Positions 25,366-33,795 of a DNA stretch of 64,000 bases are shown here, in pieces (within the stretch, counting starts at the first letter, position 1; each line of letters starts with the position of its first letter). The notes beneath the pieces are model-generated. The model saw nothing but the letters and a program-made list of their open reading frames with translations, had not been told where the DNA came from and did not search any database. Position numbers and translations under genes: made by a program. This DNA is from an uncultured beta proteobacterium (GTDB lineage: Bacteria; Pseudomonadota; Gammaproteobacteria; Burkholderiales; Burkholderiaceae_C), in the NCBI GenBank assembly GCA_963784775.1, contig CAWAST010000010.1:81875-145874 (forward strand), in the 5' to 3' direction.

Positions 25366-26997
25366 ATGATCAAATCGAAAACAAATGCGCGACTGAAGCT
25401 GGCGGTCAAACGAACGGCCTTGTGCGCATTGGCGCTGCCCGCCCTGATGGCGCTCGCGCCTGTTTCGGCCAAAACACTGGTGTTCTGTTCTGAAGGAAGC
25501 CCTGAGAACTTCTACCCCGGCATCAACACCACCGGAACCTCTTTTGATGCCAGCGAGCAGATCTACGACAACATCGTCAAGTTTGAACGCGGCGGCACGA
25601 AAGTTGTGCCTGGCTTGGCCGAGAGCTGGACCATCTCCAAAGACGCGCTGGAATACACCTTCCACCTGCGCAAAGGCGTCAAGTGGCAATCCAACAAGAA
25701 CTTCAAGCCTTCGCGCAATTTCAACGCCGATGACGTGCTGTTCATGATCGATCGTCAATGGATCGAGACCGATCCGTACTTCAAGGTCACCAGCTCCAAC
25801 CACGCCTATTTCGGCGACATGGGCATGCCCAAGTTGCTCAAATCGGTCGAAAAAATCGACGACTACACCGTCAAATTCGTCTTGAACAAGCCAGAGGCGC
25901 CCTTCCTGTCTGACCTGGCCATGCAGTGGGCCGGCGTTCAGTCCAAGGAATACGCCATCGCCATGCTCAAGGCCGGCACCCCTGAAAAAATCGACCAGGA
26001 ACCCGTGGGAACTGGTCCGTTCATGCTGGTCCAGTATCAAAAAGACGCAATCATCCGCTACAAGGCCAATCCCGACTACTGGGCCGGTAAAGCCAAGATT
26101 GATGATCTGATCTTCGCGATCACACCCGACGCGTCGGTGCGCTGGGCCAAGCTGCAAAAGGGTGAGTGCCATGTCATGCCCTACCCCAACCCGGCTGATC
26201 TGCCCGCGATGCGCAAGGACGCCGACGTCGCCGTTCTGGAGCAGCCCGGCCTCAATGTGGGCTACTTGGCCTACAACACCACAAAGAAGCCGTTTGATGA
26301 CGTTCGCGTGCGCAAGGCCGTCAACATGGCCATCAACAAAAAAGCCATCGTCGATGCGGTGTACCTCGGAACCGGCATTCCCGCCACCAACCCGATTCCG
26401 CCGAGCATGTGGTCTTACAACAAGTCCATCAAGGACGATGCGTTTGACCCGGCAGCAGCCAAGAAACTGCTGGCAGCGGCCGGATTGCCAGACGGTTTCT
26501 CGACCGACCTGTGGGCCATGCCCGTACAGCGTCCCTACAACCCCAACGCCCGTCGCATTGCCGAGTTGATGCAGGCGGACCTGGCCAAGGTTGGCATCAA
26601 AGCTGAAATCAAGAGCTTTGAGTGGGGCGAGTACCGCAAGCGCATGCAGGCTGGCGAGCACCAGATGGGCATGTTGGGCTGGACTGGTGATAACGGCGAC
26701 CCAGACAACTTCCTCAACACCCTGCTCGGATGCAGCGCGGCCAAATCCAACGGCTCGAACGTCGCCAAGTTCTGCTATCAGCCGTTTGAAGATCTGGTGC
26801 AAAAGGCCAAGTTGGTGACCAACACCGCCGAGCGCACCAAGCTTTATGAAAAAGCCCAGGTGATCTTCAAGGAGCAAGCTCCCTGGTTCACCATTGCCCA
26901 CGCGGTGCAGCTCAAGCCCGTGCGCAAGGAAGTCATCGACTTCAAACTCAGCCCGTTTGGCCGCCACACCTTCTACGGCGTGGACATCAAACAATAA
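25366..26997 (+). CDS. periplasmic peptide-binding protein (family 5 SBP, DppA-like)
   Basis: ATG 25366 preceded by GAGGAG. Signal peptide [35 protein letters not shown]. Last gene of the operon. Confidence 0.85.
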   Translation: MIKSKTNARLKLAVKRTALCALALPALMALAPVSAKTLVFCSEGSPENFYPGINTTGTSFDASEQIYDNIVKFERGGTKVVPGLAESWTISKDALEYTFHLRKGVKWQSNKNFKPSRNFNADDVLFMIDRQWIETDPYFKVTSSNHAYFGDMGMPKLLKSVEKIDDYTVKFVLNKPEAPFLSDLAMQWAGVQSKEYAIAMLKAGTPEKIDQEPVGTGPFMLVQYQKDAIIRYKANPDYWAGKAKIDDLIFAITPDASVRWAKLQKGECHVMPYPNPADLPAMRKDADVAVLEQPGLNVGYLAYNTTKKPFDDVRVRKAVNMAINKKAIVDAVYLGTGIPATNPIPPSMWSYNKSIKDDAFDPAAAKKLLAAAGLPDGFSTDLWAMPVQRPYNPNARRIAELMQADLAKVGIKAEIKSFEWGEYRKRMQAGEHQMGMLGWTGDNGDPDNFLNTLLGCSAAKSNGSNVAKFCYQPFEDLVQKAKLVTNTAERTKLYEKAQVIFKEQAPWFTIAHAVQLKPVRKEVIDFKLSPFGRHTFYGVDIKQ

Positions 26998-27015
26998 GCG
27001 CCCCTGGCGTCAGTC

Positions 27016-27050
27016 AAAAAGGCCGGTGTGAACCGGCCTTTTTTTGTTTT
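27016..27050 (+). terminator. rho-independent terminator of the dpp operon (A-tract/T-tract flanked, potentially bidirectional)
   Basis: AAAAAGGCCGGTgtgaACCGGCCTTTTTTTGTTTTT, 7-bp GC stem, 4-nt loop, T-run. Confidence 0.8.
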
Positions 27051-27158
27051 TGAAGGGGTTTGATAACGCGATTGGCTGTTGACTTCCAGCGCCGGTTTAG
27101 ACACAAAGCCGACAGCCAAATTTCCTGACAACGGTCATACAAATCACTGGATTTTGTG

Positions 27159-27287
27159 TTTTAACGTTCGAGCTAAGCGGGCGACGACGGCAGGCCGCCA
27201 GGCCCGGGATGGTGAAAATGTACCGCGTACCACCAGCCCGGGCCTGGTGGCCTGCTGTTGGCGCTCCGCTTGAGCGAGGGGTTAGGC
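27159..27287 (-). mobile_element. attC recombination site (129 bp) of the cassette
   Basis: Cassette strand: R''=GCCTAAC (27287-27281, contains the cassette TAA stop), spacer CCCTC, L''=GCTCAAG, long imperfect stem (CAGGCCACCAGGCCCGGG / CCCGGGCCTGGCGGCCTG), L'=CTTAGC (L'' carries one extra unpaired base), spacer TCGAAC, R'=GTTAAAA (27165-27159). Confidence 0.7.
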
Positions 27288-27755
27288 ATCGCCGTGCGCG
27301 GGCCGAACGCGATAGGTACGCATGGCCGACGCCACCTGCGACTCTTCGGTGGTCTCGGCGGCGTATAGCCGATAGCTTGGAGCAAGGATTGGCTCCACTG
27401 CCACGGCCTGGACGACCAGCACACTGTGAATCTGGAACCGAGGACCAGCCTTGGCTGCCAGTGGCGTGGACCAGATTGGGAACTCCGGGTCTTGCCTGCC
27501 CACGTTCCGTGCGATGCCGATCACCTTGAAGCCCTTCTGAACGAAAACATCGACGAAGCTGACACACACGCGAGGGTTGGCTCCGATGTTGCGTACGCTT
27601 TTCGGTGACGCGATGTTTGCGATGACAAGGTGATTCGAATCGAAGCCAGCGAAGATTTCCTTCGGCGAGACGTTCGGCTGGCCAACTTCGTCGACAGTTG
27701 CCAACCAGCAGAGGACGCTGCGAGTGGCGGATTCCTGGACTTCGGGTGAAAGCAT
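27282..27755 (-). CDS. integron cassette gene: pyridoxamine 5'-phosphate oxidase-like (split-barrel flavin-binding) family protein
   Basis: ORF 27282..27836 trimmed to ATG 27755, downstream of the GTTAGGC cassette boundary. MLSPEVQESATRSVLCWLATVDEVGQPNVSPKE...NPRVCVSFVD...GFKVIGIA matches the PNPOx-like pattern. No SD of its own. Confidence 0.7.
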   Translation of the reverse strand: MLSPEVQESATRSVLCWLATVDEVGQPNVSPKEIFAGFDSNHLVIANIASPKSVRNIGANPRVCVSFVDVFVQKGFKVIGIARNVGRQDPEFPIWSTPLAAKAGPRFQIHSVLVVQAVAVEPILAPSYRLYAAETTEESQVASAMRTYRVRPAHGDA

Positions 27756-27782
27756 GGGGACAGCGATAGTTGGTTTTGCGAT

Positions 27783-27845
27783 GCCTAACGTAATGTCCAG
27801 AGCATACCTTGCTCTATAAGTTGGACGTTGCTCCATAAGTTGGCC
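27783..27845 (-). mobile_element. attI site: two direct repeats plus GTTAGGC crossover core
   Basis: Cassette strand CCAACTTATGGAG (27843-27831) and CCAACTTATAGAG (27824-27812), then ...ACATTAC GTTAGGC (27789-27783). Confidence 0.6.
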
Positions 27846-27847
27846 AT
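27785..27847 (-). CDS. candidate 20-codon attI leader ORF (MANLWSNVQLIEQGMLWTLR)
   Basis: AGGAGG (27858-27853) 5 nt before ATG 27847. The TAG stop is the TAG of the GTTAGGC core (27787-27785). Confidence 0.35.
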   Translation of the reverse strand: MANLWSNVQLIEQGMLWTLR

Positions 27848-27867
27848 GAAATCCTCCTGAAAACGGC

Positions 27868-27896
27868 TTGCAGCCTTGTTATTTGCCATGTATGCT
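27868..27896 (+). promoter_or_regulatory. candidate Pint promoter
   Basis: TTGCAG -17 nt- TATGCT, 28 nt upstream of the intI ATG; the -10 overlaps the LexA box. Confidence 0.4.
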
Positions 27897-27910
27897 GTAC
27901 AAACATACAG
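27895..27910. promoter_or_regulatory. LexA (SOS) box
   Basis: CTGTACAAACATACAG fits CTGT-N8-ACAG (13/16 to CTGTATATATATACAG), 14 nt upstream of the intI ATG. Confidence 0.65.
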
Positions 27911-27937
27911 TTATAATTTTTCCATGAAACCCGGCAA
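27910..27937 (-). promoter_or_regulatory. candidate cassette promoter Pc (inside the first codons of intI)
   Basis: Minus strand TTGCCG -16 nt- TATAAC, immediately followed by the LexA box. Confidence 0.35.
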
Positions 27938-28933
27938 CCCTCCACTGCAATCCGTCCGTGTGCTGGATCAGTTGCGTGAGCGCATTCGGTACATGCACTA
28001 TAGCCTCAGCACCGAGCAAGTTTATGTGTATTGGGTGCGTTTTTTCATTCGCTGGTCGGCTCGCGACGGCGGCATGCGCCATCCGCGCGAAATGGGTGCT
28101 GCCGATGTGGAAGCATTTCTCACCATGTTGGCCACCCAGCGCAAGGTTTCTGCCTCCACCCACAACCAGGCTTTGAGTGCCATTTTGTTTTTGTACCGAG
28201 AGGTGCTGGGCGTGGCATTGCCCTGGCTTGACAACGTCAACCGGCCCACGCAAAAGCGGCGCATTCCCAGCGTGCTGACCAAAGACGAAGTGGCAGGCTT
28301 GCTTGCACATACAGATGGGCCAGCCGCGCTCGTCGCACGCCTGCTGTATGGCACTGGCATGCGGCTGATGGAGGGCATGCGCCTGCGCATCAAAGACGTG
28401 GACTTTGACCGCCAAGTCATCATCGTGCGCGATGCCAAACGCGGCAAAGACCGCGTTGTGATGCTGCCGCGTTCGCTGGAACCGGCCCTGCGCTTGCAGA
28501 TGCTTGCGGCGCGCGCGCAGTGGGAAGCTGATCGACAGGCGCAGCGGGGCGGCGTCGAGACACCGCATGCGCTGGAGAAAAAATACCCCAAGGTTGGCTA
28601 CACGTGGGGATGGTTCTGGATGTTTCCCTCGCCCACTCTGTCGATTGACCCGCGCAGTGGTGTAGAACGCAGACACCACTTGTACGAAGACCGGGTTCAG
28701 CGCGCACTCAAAAAGGCCGTGCCACTGGCGGGAATTTGTAAACCGGTCTCGGTTCACACGCTGCGTCATTCGTTCGCCACGCATCTGCTGCAAGCTGGCA
28801 CCGACATCCGAACGGTTCAAGAGTTGTGGGGCACAGCGACGTTTCAGCCACCATGATTTACACCCACGTTCTCAAGGTGGCTGCAGGTGGCACGGCCAGT
28901 CCGCTGGATGCACTCAGTAGCCCAACTTGGTGA
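27924..28933 (+). pseudogene. intI: integron integrase IntI, interrupted by a -1 frameshift near 28827
   Basis: [42 protein letters not shown]..., IntI-specific insertion [50 protein letters not shown]. Frame 0 stops at 28856 after ..[14 protein letters not shown]. Frame -1 continues (L)[21 protein letters not shown]..., including the catalytic Tyr, to TGA 28931-28933. Confidence 0.88.
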
Positions 28934-28981
28934 CGGGCCGCTTACGCAGCCCACCTGACACTCATCGTCGAAACTTTTCAC

Positions 28982-30259
28982 TCAAGTCGCCGCGGGCCGC
29001 AGCGTGATTCGTTGCCCCACTCCCAGCGCCGCGCCCACGCTCAGCAGCAGAACCGCGGCCGCACCGAACAGCGTGGCACCGTACCAGCCGCGATCCATGA
29101 ACGTGCCAAAAATAAGTGGAGAGAGGGCAAAGCCGACGTCCAATCCGGAATAAACGAGTCCATAAACCCGGCCTGTCGCGCCTTTCGGCGTCGCTTTTTT
29201 AATCATCATGTCGCGCGAAGGCCCGCCAATACCCACGGCAAAACCCGTGGCGGCCAGCACCGCCATTGTTCCGGTGCCACCCAAAAGACCCGTGGCGCAC
29301 AGGGCCAGCAGCGCGGCTCCCACGCTCATCGCAACGGCCACCACCCGGTCGCTGTCCGAGCGCCGCACAGCAACAAAGCCGCCCACAAACATGCCCAGCG
29401 CCCCGCACAGCATGTAGGCCGTCAACGTGAGGGTTGCCGCCTCGAAGCTGACGCCATGCATGGCCTTGAGGATGGAGGCCGAAAAACTCTGCACCACGGC
29501 CAGCGTCATGGTCGAGAGCATGAAAAATGCAAAACACCACCAAACCACCGGCAGCTTCATGAAGGCCATGCCGTGCTCGGCGTTCGCGTGCTCGTCGGTG
29601 GCAGCGGCTTGTGTGCGCAGCTTGTCGCGCTGCGCCAGCAGCAATGCAATAACGCCAACATACATGACTGCCGCAGCCAGATAGGCTGTGCGCCAGCTGT
29701 ACAGGCTGCTCACGGTGACCAAAAAGACGGGCGCCAGGGCCCACCCGAGATTGCCCGTGAGGCCATGCGCACTGAAGGCATGGCCCAGCCGGGCCCCGGA
29801 GACGCGCTGGTTGAGGATGGTGAAGTCAACCGGGTGAAAGGTGGCATTGCCCAAGCCCGCCAAACCCGCGGCCAGCAGCAAGCCGCCATAGCCGGTGGCC
29901 ATCGAGGCTGCCACGCAGGCCAGCACAAACAGGCCCAGCGCCGAAAAAAGCATGGGACGGGCTCCAAGCCGGTCCACGGCAAACCCGGCACTGGCCTGTC
30001 CCAACCCGGAGACCACAAAAAAGGTGGTCATCAAGAGGCCGAGCTGCGAGTAGCTCAACCCGAACTCCGTCATGAACACCGGAAACAACGGGGGCAACAA
30101 CAGGTGGGCAAAGTGTGAACTGGCATGCGCCAAGCCGACCAGGGCGATGATGGCAGCGTCTTGCCGCAAAGGGGTCGGTTGGGCGAGGGGAAGTGTGGTG
30201 CTGGACATGGCGTCTATGGTATGCGAAGGTGGTGCAGCTTGTTGCCAGAGCGACATCAT
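28982..30259 (-). CDS. MFS transporter
   Basis: 425 aa, 12 hydrophobic segments, GFAVDRLGARP motif. Confidence 0.85.
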   Translation of the reverse strand: MMSLWQQAAPPSHTIDAMSSTTLPLAQPTPLRQDAAIIALVGLAHASSHFAHLLLPPLFPVFMTEFGLSYSQLGLLMTTFFVVSGLGQASAGFAVDRLGARPMLFSALGLFVLACVAASMATGYGGLLLAAGLAGLGNATFHPVDFTILNQRVSGARLGHAFSAHGLTGNLGWALAPVFLVTVSSLYSWRTAYLAAAVMYVGVIALLLAQRDKLRTQAAATDEHANAEHGMAFMKLPVVWWCFAFFMLSTMTLAVVQSFSASILKAMHGVSFEAATLTLTAYMLCGALGMFVGGFVAVRRSDSDRVVAVAMSVGAALLALCATGLLGGTGTMAVLAATGFAVGIGGPSRDMMIKKATPKGATGRVYGLVYSGLDVGFALSPLIFGTFMDRGWYGATLFGAAAVLLLSVGAALGVGQRITLRPAAT

Positions 30260-30283
30260 GCGGTTTTTATAGGAAAAATTGAC

Positions 30284-30329
30284 CTCTAGCCCCCGTCCAA
30301 TAGGCGCATACAGCTATTCTAAATATAGC
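30284..30329 (-). repeat. dispersed ~48-nt repeat, copy 2
   Basis: rc = GCTATATTTAGAATAGCTGTATGCGCCTATTGGACGGGGGCTAGAG; between the hutF stop and the MFS start, co-oriented with both. Confidence 0.75.
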
Positions 30330-30396
30330 TAATGAGTCGCGAATTTGACGCAGAATTGAACCAATCCAGCCGGGCGCACCCTCAGTCGCGCAGGCT

Positions 30397-31794
30397 TCAC
30401 AAACAGCTCAAACCCTTCATCACCTGAGCAAACTGCCACGCCAACTCAAGATCGGGTTGGCCGTCGGACACGGCCTGCCCCGCCACAAACACCTGCTTGA
30501 AACCGGCATCGGGGCTGGAAAACACCAGTGCGTCGAGCACGTGGTCATCGGGCACGCCCACAAGTGCATTCGACTGCGAATCGAGCACCAGAAAATCGGC
30601 CCGGTTGCCGATGGCAATGCCGCCCAGAGGCTGCCCGCTGGCCGCTCTTCCCCCTGCCAGTGCGCCCTCAAACAGCGCCGCGGCGGTGCTCGCCGCACCA
30701 CCGGGCACCGCAGCAACATTGCGGCGGCGTACGGTTAGACGCTGCGAATACTCCAGCAGCCGCAGTTCCTGCGTCCAGCAGCGGGTGACGTGGCTGTCCG
30801 ACCCGATGGACCAGTTGCCGCCCACCGCGCTCAAGCCGGGGTAGTCAAACACGCCGTCACCCAGGTTGGCCTCGGTGCTGGGGCAAATGACCACCGAGGC
30901 GCCACTGCCGGCCACGGCCCGCAACTCCGCTGGCGTGGTGTGGGTGGCGTGCACCAGATTCCAATGCCTGTTGACGGCCAGATGGTCCATCAGCCACTCC
31001 ACCGGGCGCTGGCCGGTGTGGGCCAGGCAATCGTCCACCTCCTGGGTCTGCTCGGAGATGTGAATGTGCACCGGCAGCGCCGCTGCCGCAGCAAAGGCGG
31101 CCAGCTCCTTGACGGCCGCTGGCTCAACCGCCCGCAGGGAATGCAGGGCCACCCCGACGTTGACCGCGCCCGCAGACTGCGTTTGCCGTTGCACGCTCTC
31201 CACCAGATGGGCAATGCCGTCGGGTGTGCAGGCAAACCGGCGTTGATCCTCGCGCAGACCGCCTGCATCAAAGCCGCTGCGCCGGTACAGCGCGGGCAGC
31301 AGGGTGAGCCCCATGCCCACGCGCTGCGCCGCACGCACCAGCGCCAGTGACATCTCCAGCGGGTCTGCATACGGCCTGCCGTCCACCGCGTTGTGAAGGT
31401 AATGAAACTCGCACACCTGCGTGTAGCCGTTGGCCAGCAATTCGGCATACAAGAATGCCGCAATAGCCTCCAGCTGATCGGGCGTGATTCGGTTGGCCAG
31501 CCGGTACATGGCATCGCGCCAGCTCCAGAAATCGTCGCTGGCCGCCACGCCCACGGGACCGATGCGCTCGGTAAGACCGGCCATGGCCCGCTGAAACGCA
31601 TGACTGTGAGCGTTGACCAGCCCGGGCAGCACCGGGCTATCCAGCACGGTGGCGCCCTTGCGGTCGGCCTGCGGCACATCGGTTTGCACGCCTGACCACA
31701 GCCCAGCGACATCGACCGACAGCAGTACGTTGCTCGCCCAGGTGCCCTGCACCCAAGCCTGCGCGGCAAAGAAAGTCTTGTTGCTATTTTTCAT
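30397..31794 (-). CDS. hutF: formimidoylglutamate deiminase
   Basis: ORF 30397..32088 trimmed to ATG 31794 ([14 protein letters not shown]). PGLVNAHSHAFQRAMAG, amidohydrolase fold. Confidence 0.85.
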   Translation of the reverse strand: MKNSNKTFFAAQAWVQGTWASNVLLSVDVAGLWSGVQTDVPQADRKGATVLDSPVLPGLVNAHSHAFQRAMAGLTERIGPVGVAASDDFWSWRDAMYRLANRITPDQLEAIAAFLYAELLANGYTQVCEFHYLHNAVDGRPYADPLEMSLALVRAAQRVGMGLTLLPALYRRSGFDAGGLREDQRRFACTPDGIAHLVESVQRQTQSAGAVNVGVALHSLRAVEPAAVKELAAFAAAAALPVHIHISEQTQEVDDCLAHTGQRPVEWLMDHLAVNRHWNLVHATHTTPAELRAVAGSGASVVICPSTEANLGDGVFDYPGLSAVGGNWSIGSDSHVTRCWTQELRLLEYSQRLTVRRRNVAAVPGGAASTAAALFEGALAGGRAASGQPLGGIAIGNRADFLVLDSQSNALVGVPDDHVLDALVFSSPDAGFKQVFVAGQAVSDGQPDLELAWQFAQVMKGLSCL

Positions 31795-32584
31795 AGAGGG
31801 CGCAGCAGGCTGCAATGGCGCTTTTAAGCATGGTCTTGAGCAGTGGCCGGATTGCCGCCGCCCTTTGTGGGTCAAATTCGAACGGCGTGGCTTCCTGCAT
31901 GTACAGGTTCTGGCACATCTCCAGTTGCACCGCATGCACGTGGTCGGCCGGGGAGCCATAGCGGCGGGTGATGTAGCCACCCTTGAATCGCCCATTGAGC
32001 ACGTGGCTGACGTGGCCATCCTGTACGCAAGCCTGCACCACGGCGGCGGCGATGGACGCGTGGGCGCTGGCGCCGTCGGCGGTGCCAATGCTCAAGGCCG
32101 GCAGGGTGCCCTCAAACAACCAGGGAATGCGCGAGCGAATGCTGTGGGCGTCCCACAAGAGCGCGTAGCCATGAATCGATTTGATTCGCTGCAACTCGGC
32201 GGCCAGGGCCGTGTGATAGGGCATCCAAAACGCTTCGCCGCGGCGTGCACACTCGGGCGCGGTGGGATCCTGGCCTGGCAAATACAGCGCCTCGCCGGTG
32301 AAAAAACGCGTCGGGCACAGCTCGGTATTCGATGCGCCGGGGTACATGGGGGCGTTGTCCAGCGGGCGATTGAGGTCGATCACATAGCGCGAAGTGCGCG
32401 GCATCAGGACGCTGGCACCGAGCTCCGGCAAAAAGTCGTAGAGCTGGTCCAGATGCCAGTCGGTATCTTCCACCGCCAGCGCACGCGGCACGTAGGCGCG
32501 GCGCAACTCAACCGGAATGTCGATGCCGATGTGCGGCATGCTGACCAAAAGCGCTGAGCTGCCGCGCCCCAGGGTGTAGGTCAT
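31784..32584 (-). CDS. hutG: N-formylglutamate deformylase
   Basis: 266 aa; [19 protein letters not shown]. Confidence 0.85.
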   Translation of the reverse strand: MTYTLGRGSSALLVSMPHIGIDIPVELRRAYVPRALAVEDTDWHLDQLYDFLPELGASVLMPRTSRYVIDLNRPLDNAPMYPGASNTELCPTRFFTGEALYLPGQDPTAPECARRGEAFWMPYHTALAAELQRIKSIHGYALLWDAHSIRSRIPWLFEGTLPALSIGTADGASAHASIAAAVVQACVQDGHVSHVLNGRFKGGYITRRYGSPADHVHAVQLEMCQNLYMQEATPFEFDPQRAAAIRPLLKTMLKSAIAACCALYEK

Positions 32585-33795
32585 CGTGGCTTTCCTTCAA
32601 AAATCACCTGCTTGCAGGGGTTGGCCCCGAAAGCGTAGCTCAGCTGGGCCGGGCTGTGCACATCCCACAGCACAAAGTCGGCACGCTTGCCCGCCGCCAA
32701 GATGCCCCGGTCCGGCAAGCCCAAGGCTTGCGCCGCGCGACGCGTCACGCCGGCCAGCGCCTCATGCGGGGTGAGCCGGAACAGCGTGCAGGCCATGTTG
32801 AGCATCAGCAGAATCGAGCTGCAGGGCGAACTGCCCGGATTGCAATCGGTGGCAATCGCCATGGGCACGCCAAGGCAGCGCAGCAATTCAATCGGCGGCA
32901 CTTTGGTTTCGCGCAGAAAATAAAACGCCCCCGGCAACAGCACGGCCACCGTGCCGGCCCGCGCCATCGCCTGCGCACCCTGGGGTGACAACCACTCCAG
33001 GTGATCGCAGCTCAGGGCTTGAAACCTCGCTGCCAACTCTGCGCCGCCACTGTCGCTAAGTTGCTCGGCGTGCAGCTTCACGGGCAAGCCCAGTTCGCGG
33101 GCCAGCGTGAACACCCGCGCCACCTGCTCTGGCGTGAACGCGATGCGCTCGCAAAATGCATCGACGGCATCGACCAGGCCTTCTGCATTCAGCCCAACCA
33201 GCATGCGCAGTACTTCGTCCAGATACTCGTCGGGACGCCCGGCAAACTCTGCGGGCAGCGCGTGCGCGCCCAGAAAAGTGGTGCGAATGGCCACCCGATG
33301 CTGCTGCCCGAGCTCACGCGCCACCTGTAGGCACTTGCGCTCGTGCGTCAGCGCCAGCCCGTAGCCCGATTTGATCTCCAGTGTGGTGACGCCCTCCTCC
33401 AGCAGGCGCTGCAATCGCACCGCGCTTTGGCTCCGGAGCTCCTGGGCACTGGCCCCGCGTGTCGCCTGCACGGTGGCTGCGATGCCGCCGCCCTGTCGGG
33501 CAATGTCTTCATAGCTGGCGCCGTTGAGGCGTTGCTCGAATTCACTGGCCCGGTCTCCGCCATAGACCAGATGCGTGTGGCAATCGATCAGCCCGGGCGT
33601 GATCAGCGCGCCGCCGCAGTCATGGCGCCCCTCGCATTGGGCGAGCAGTTCAGGAGGCACGTCACGGCGCGCGCCGACCCATTGAATGGTGGACCCGTGC
33701 ACCACCAGCGCACCGTCTTCGATCAGACCATAGGGTGTGGCACTGTCGGCACGCATGGTCGCCAACGAGCAATGGCTCCACAGTTCAAGTGTCAT
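32581..33795 (-). CDS. hutI: imidazolonepropionase
   Basis: 404 aa; [24 protein letters not shown]. Confidence 0.92.
   Translation of the reverse strand: MTLELWSHCSLATMRADSATPYGLIEDGALVVHGSTIQWVGARRDVPPELLAQCEGRHDCGGALITPGLIDCHTHLVYGGDRASEFEQRLNGASYEDIARQGGGIAATVQATRGASAQELRSQSAVRLQRLLEEGVTTLEIKSGYGLALTHERKCLQVARELGQQHRVAIRTTFLGAHALPAEFAGRPDEYLDEVLRMLVGLNAEGLVDAVDAFCERIAFTPEQVARVFTLARELGLPVKLHAEQLSDSGGAELAARFQALSCDHLEWLSPQGAQAMARAGTVAVLLPGAFYFLRETKVPPIELLRCLGVPMAIATDCNPGSSPCSSILLMLNMACTLFRLTPHEALAGVTRRAAQALGLPDRGILAAGKRADFVLWDVHSPAQLSYAFGANPCKQVIFEGKPR

Larger units (their letters stand above)
27159..28933. mobile_element. chromosomal integron: attC - one cassette - attI - regulatory region - intI (frameshifted)
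   Basis: Component features are listed separately. intI is divergent from the cassette; GTTAGGC / GCCTAAC / GTTAAAA core sites lie on the cassette strand. Confidence 0.8.

Noticed and set aside
25318-26994. 558-aa minus-strand ORF covering all of the dppA-like gene. Similar long antisense ORFs occur at 17206-18210, 23500-24330, 35774-36808, 37495-38370, 49178-50317 and 57032-58114.
   Set aside because: These are shadow ORFs, typical of high-GC DNA. Their translations are low-complexity (Arg/Gly/His/Val-rich), while the opposite strand encodes clearly recognisable proteins.
27097-27567. 156-aa minus-strand ORF overlapping the attC and the cassette gene in another frame.
   Set aside because: It overlaps a better-supported CDS and the attC palindrome, and its composition is Arg/Gly/Pro-rich.
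27756-27836. Longer version of the cassette ORF starting at ATG 27836 (MEQRPTYRARYALDITLGIAKPTIAVP...).
   Set aside because: The extra 27 codons cross the attI direct repeats and the GTTAGGC cassette boundary, so they cannot belong to the cassette. ATG 27755 gives a normal PNPOx-like N-terminus. An attI-cassette fusion protein is not strictly excluded.
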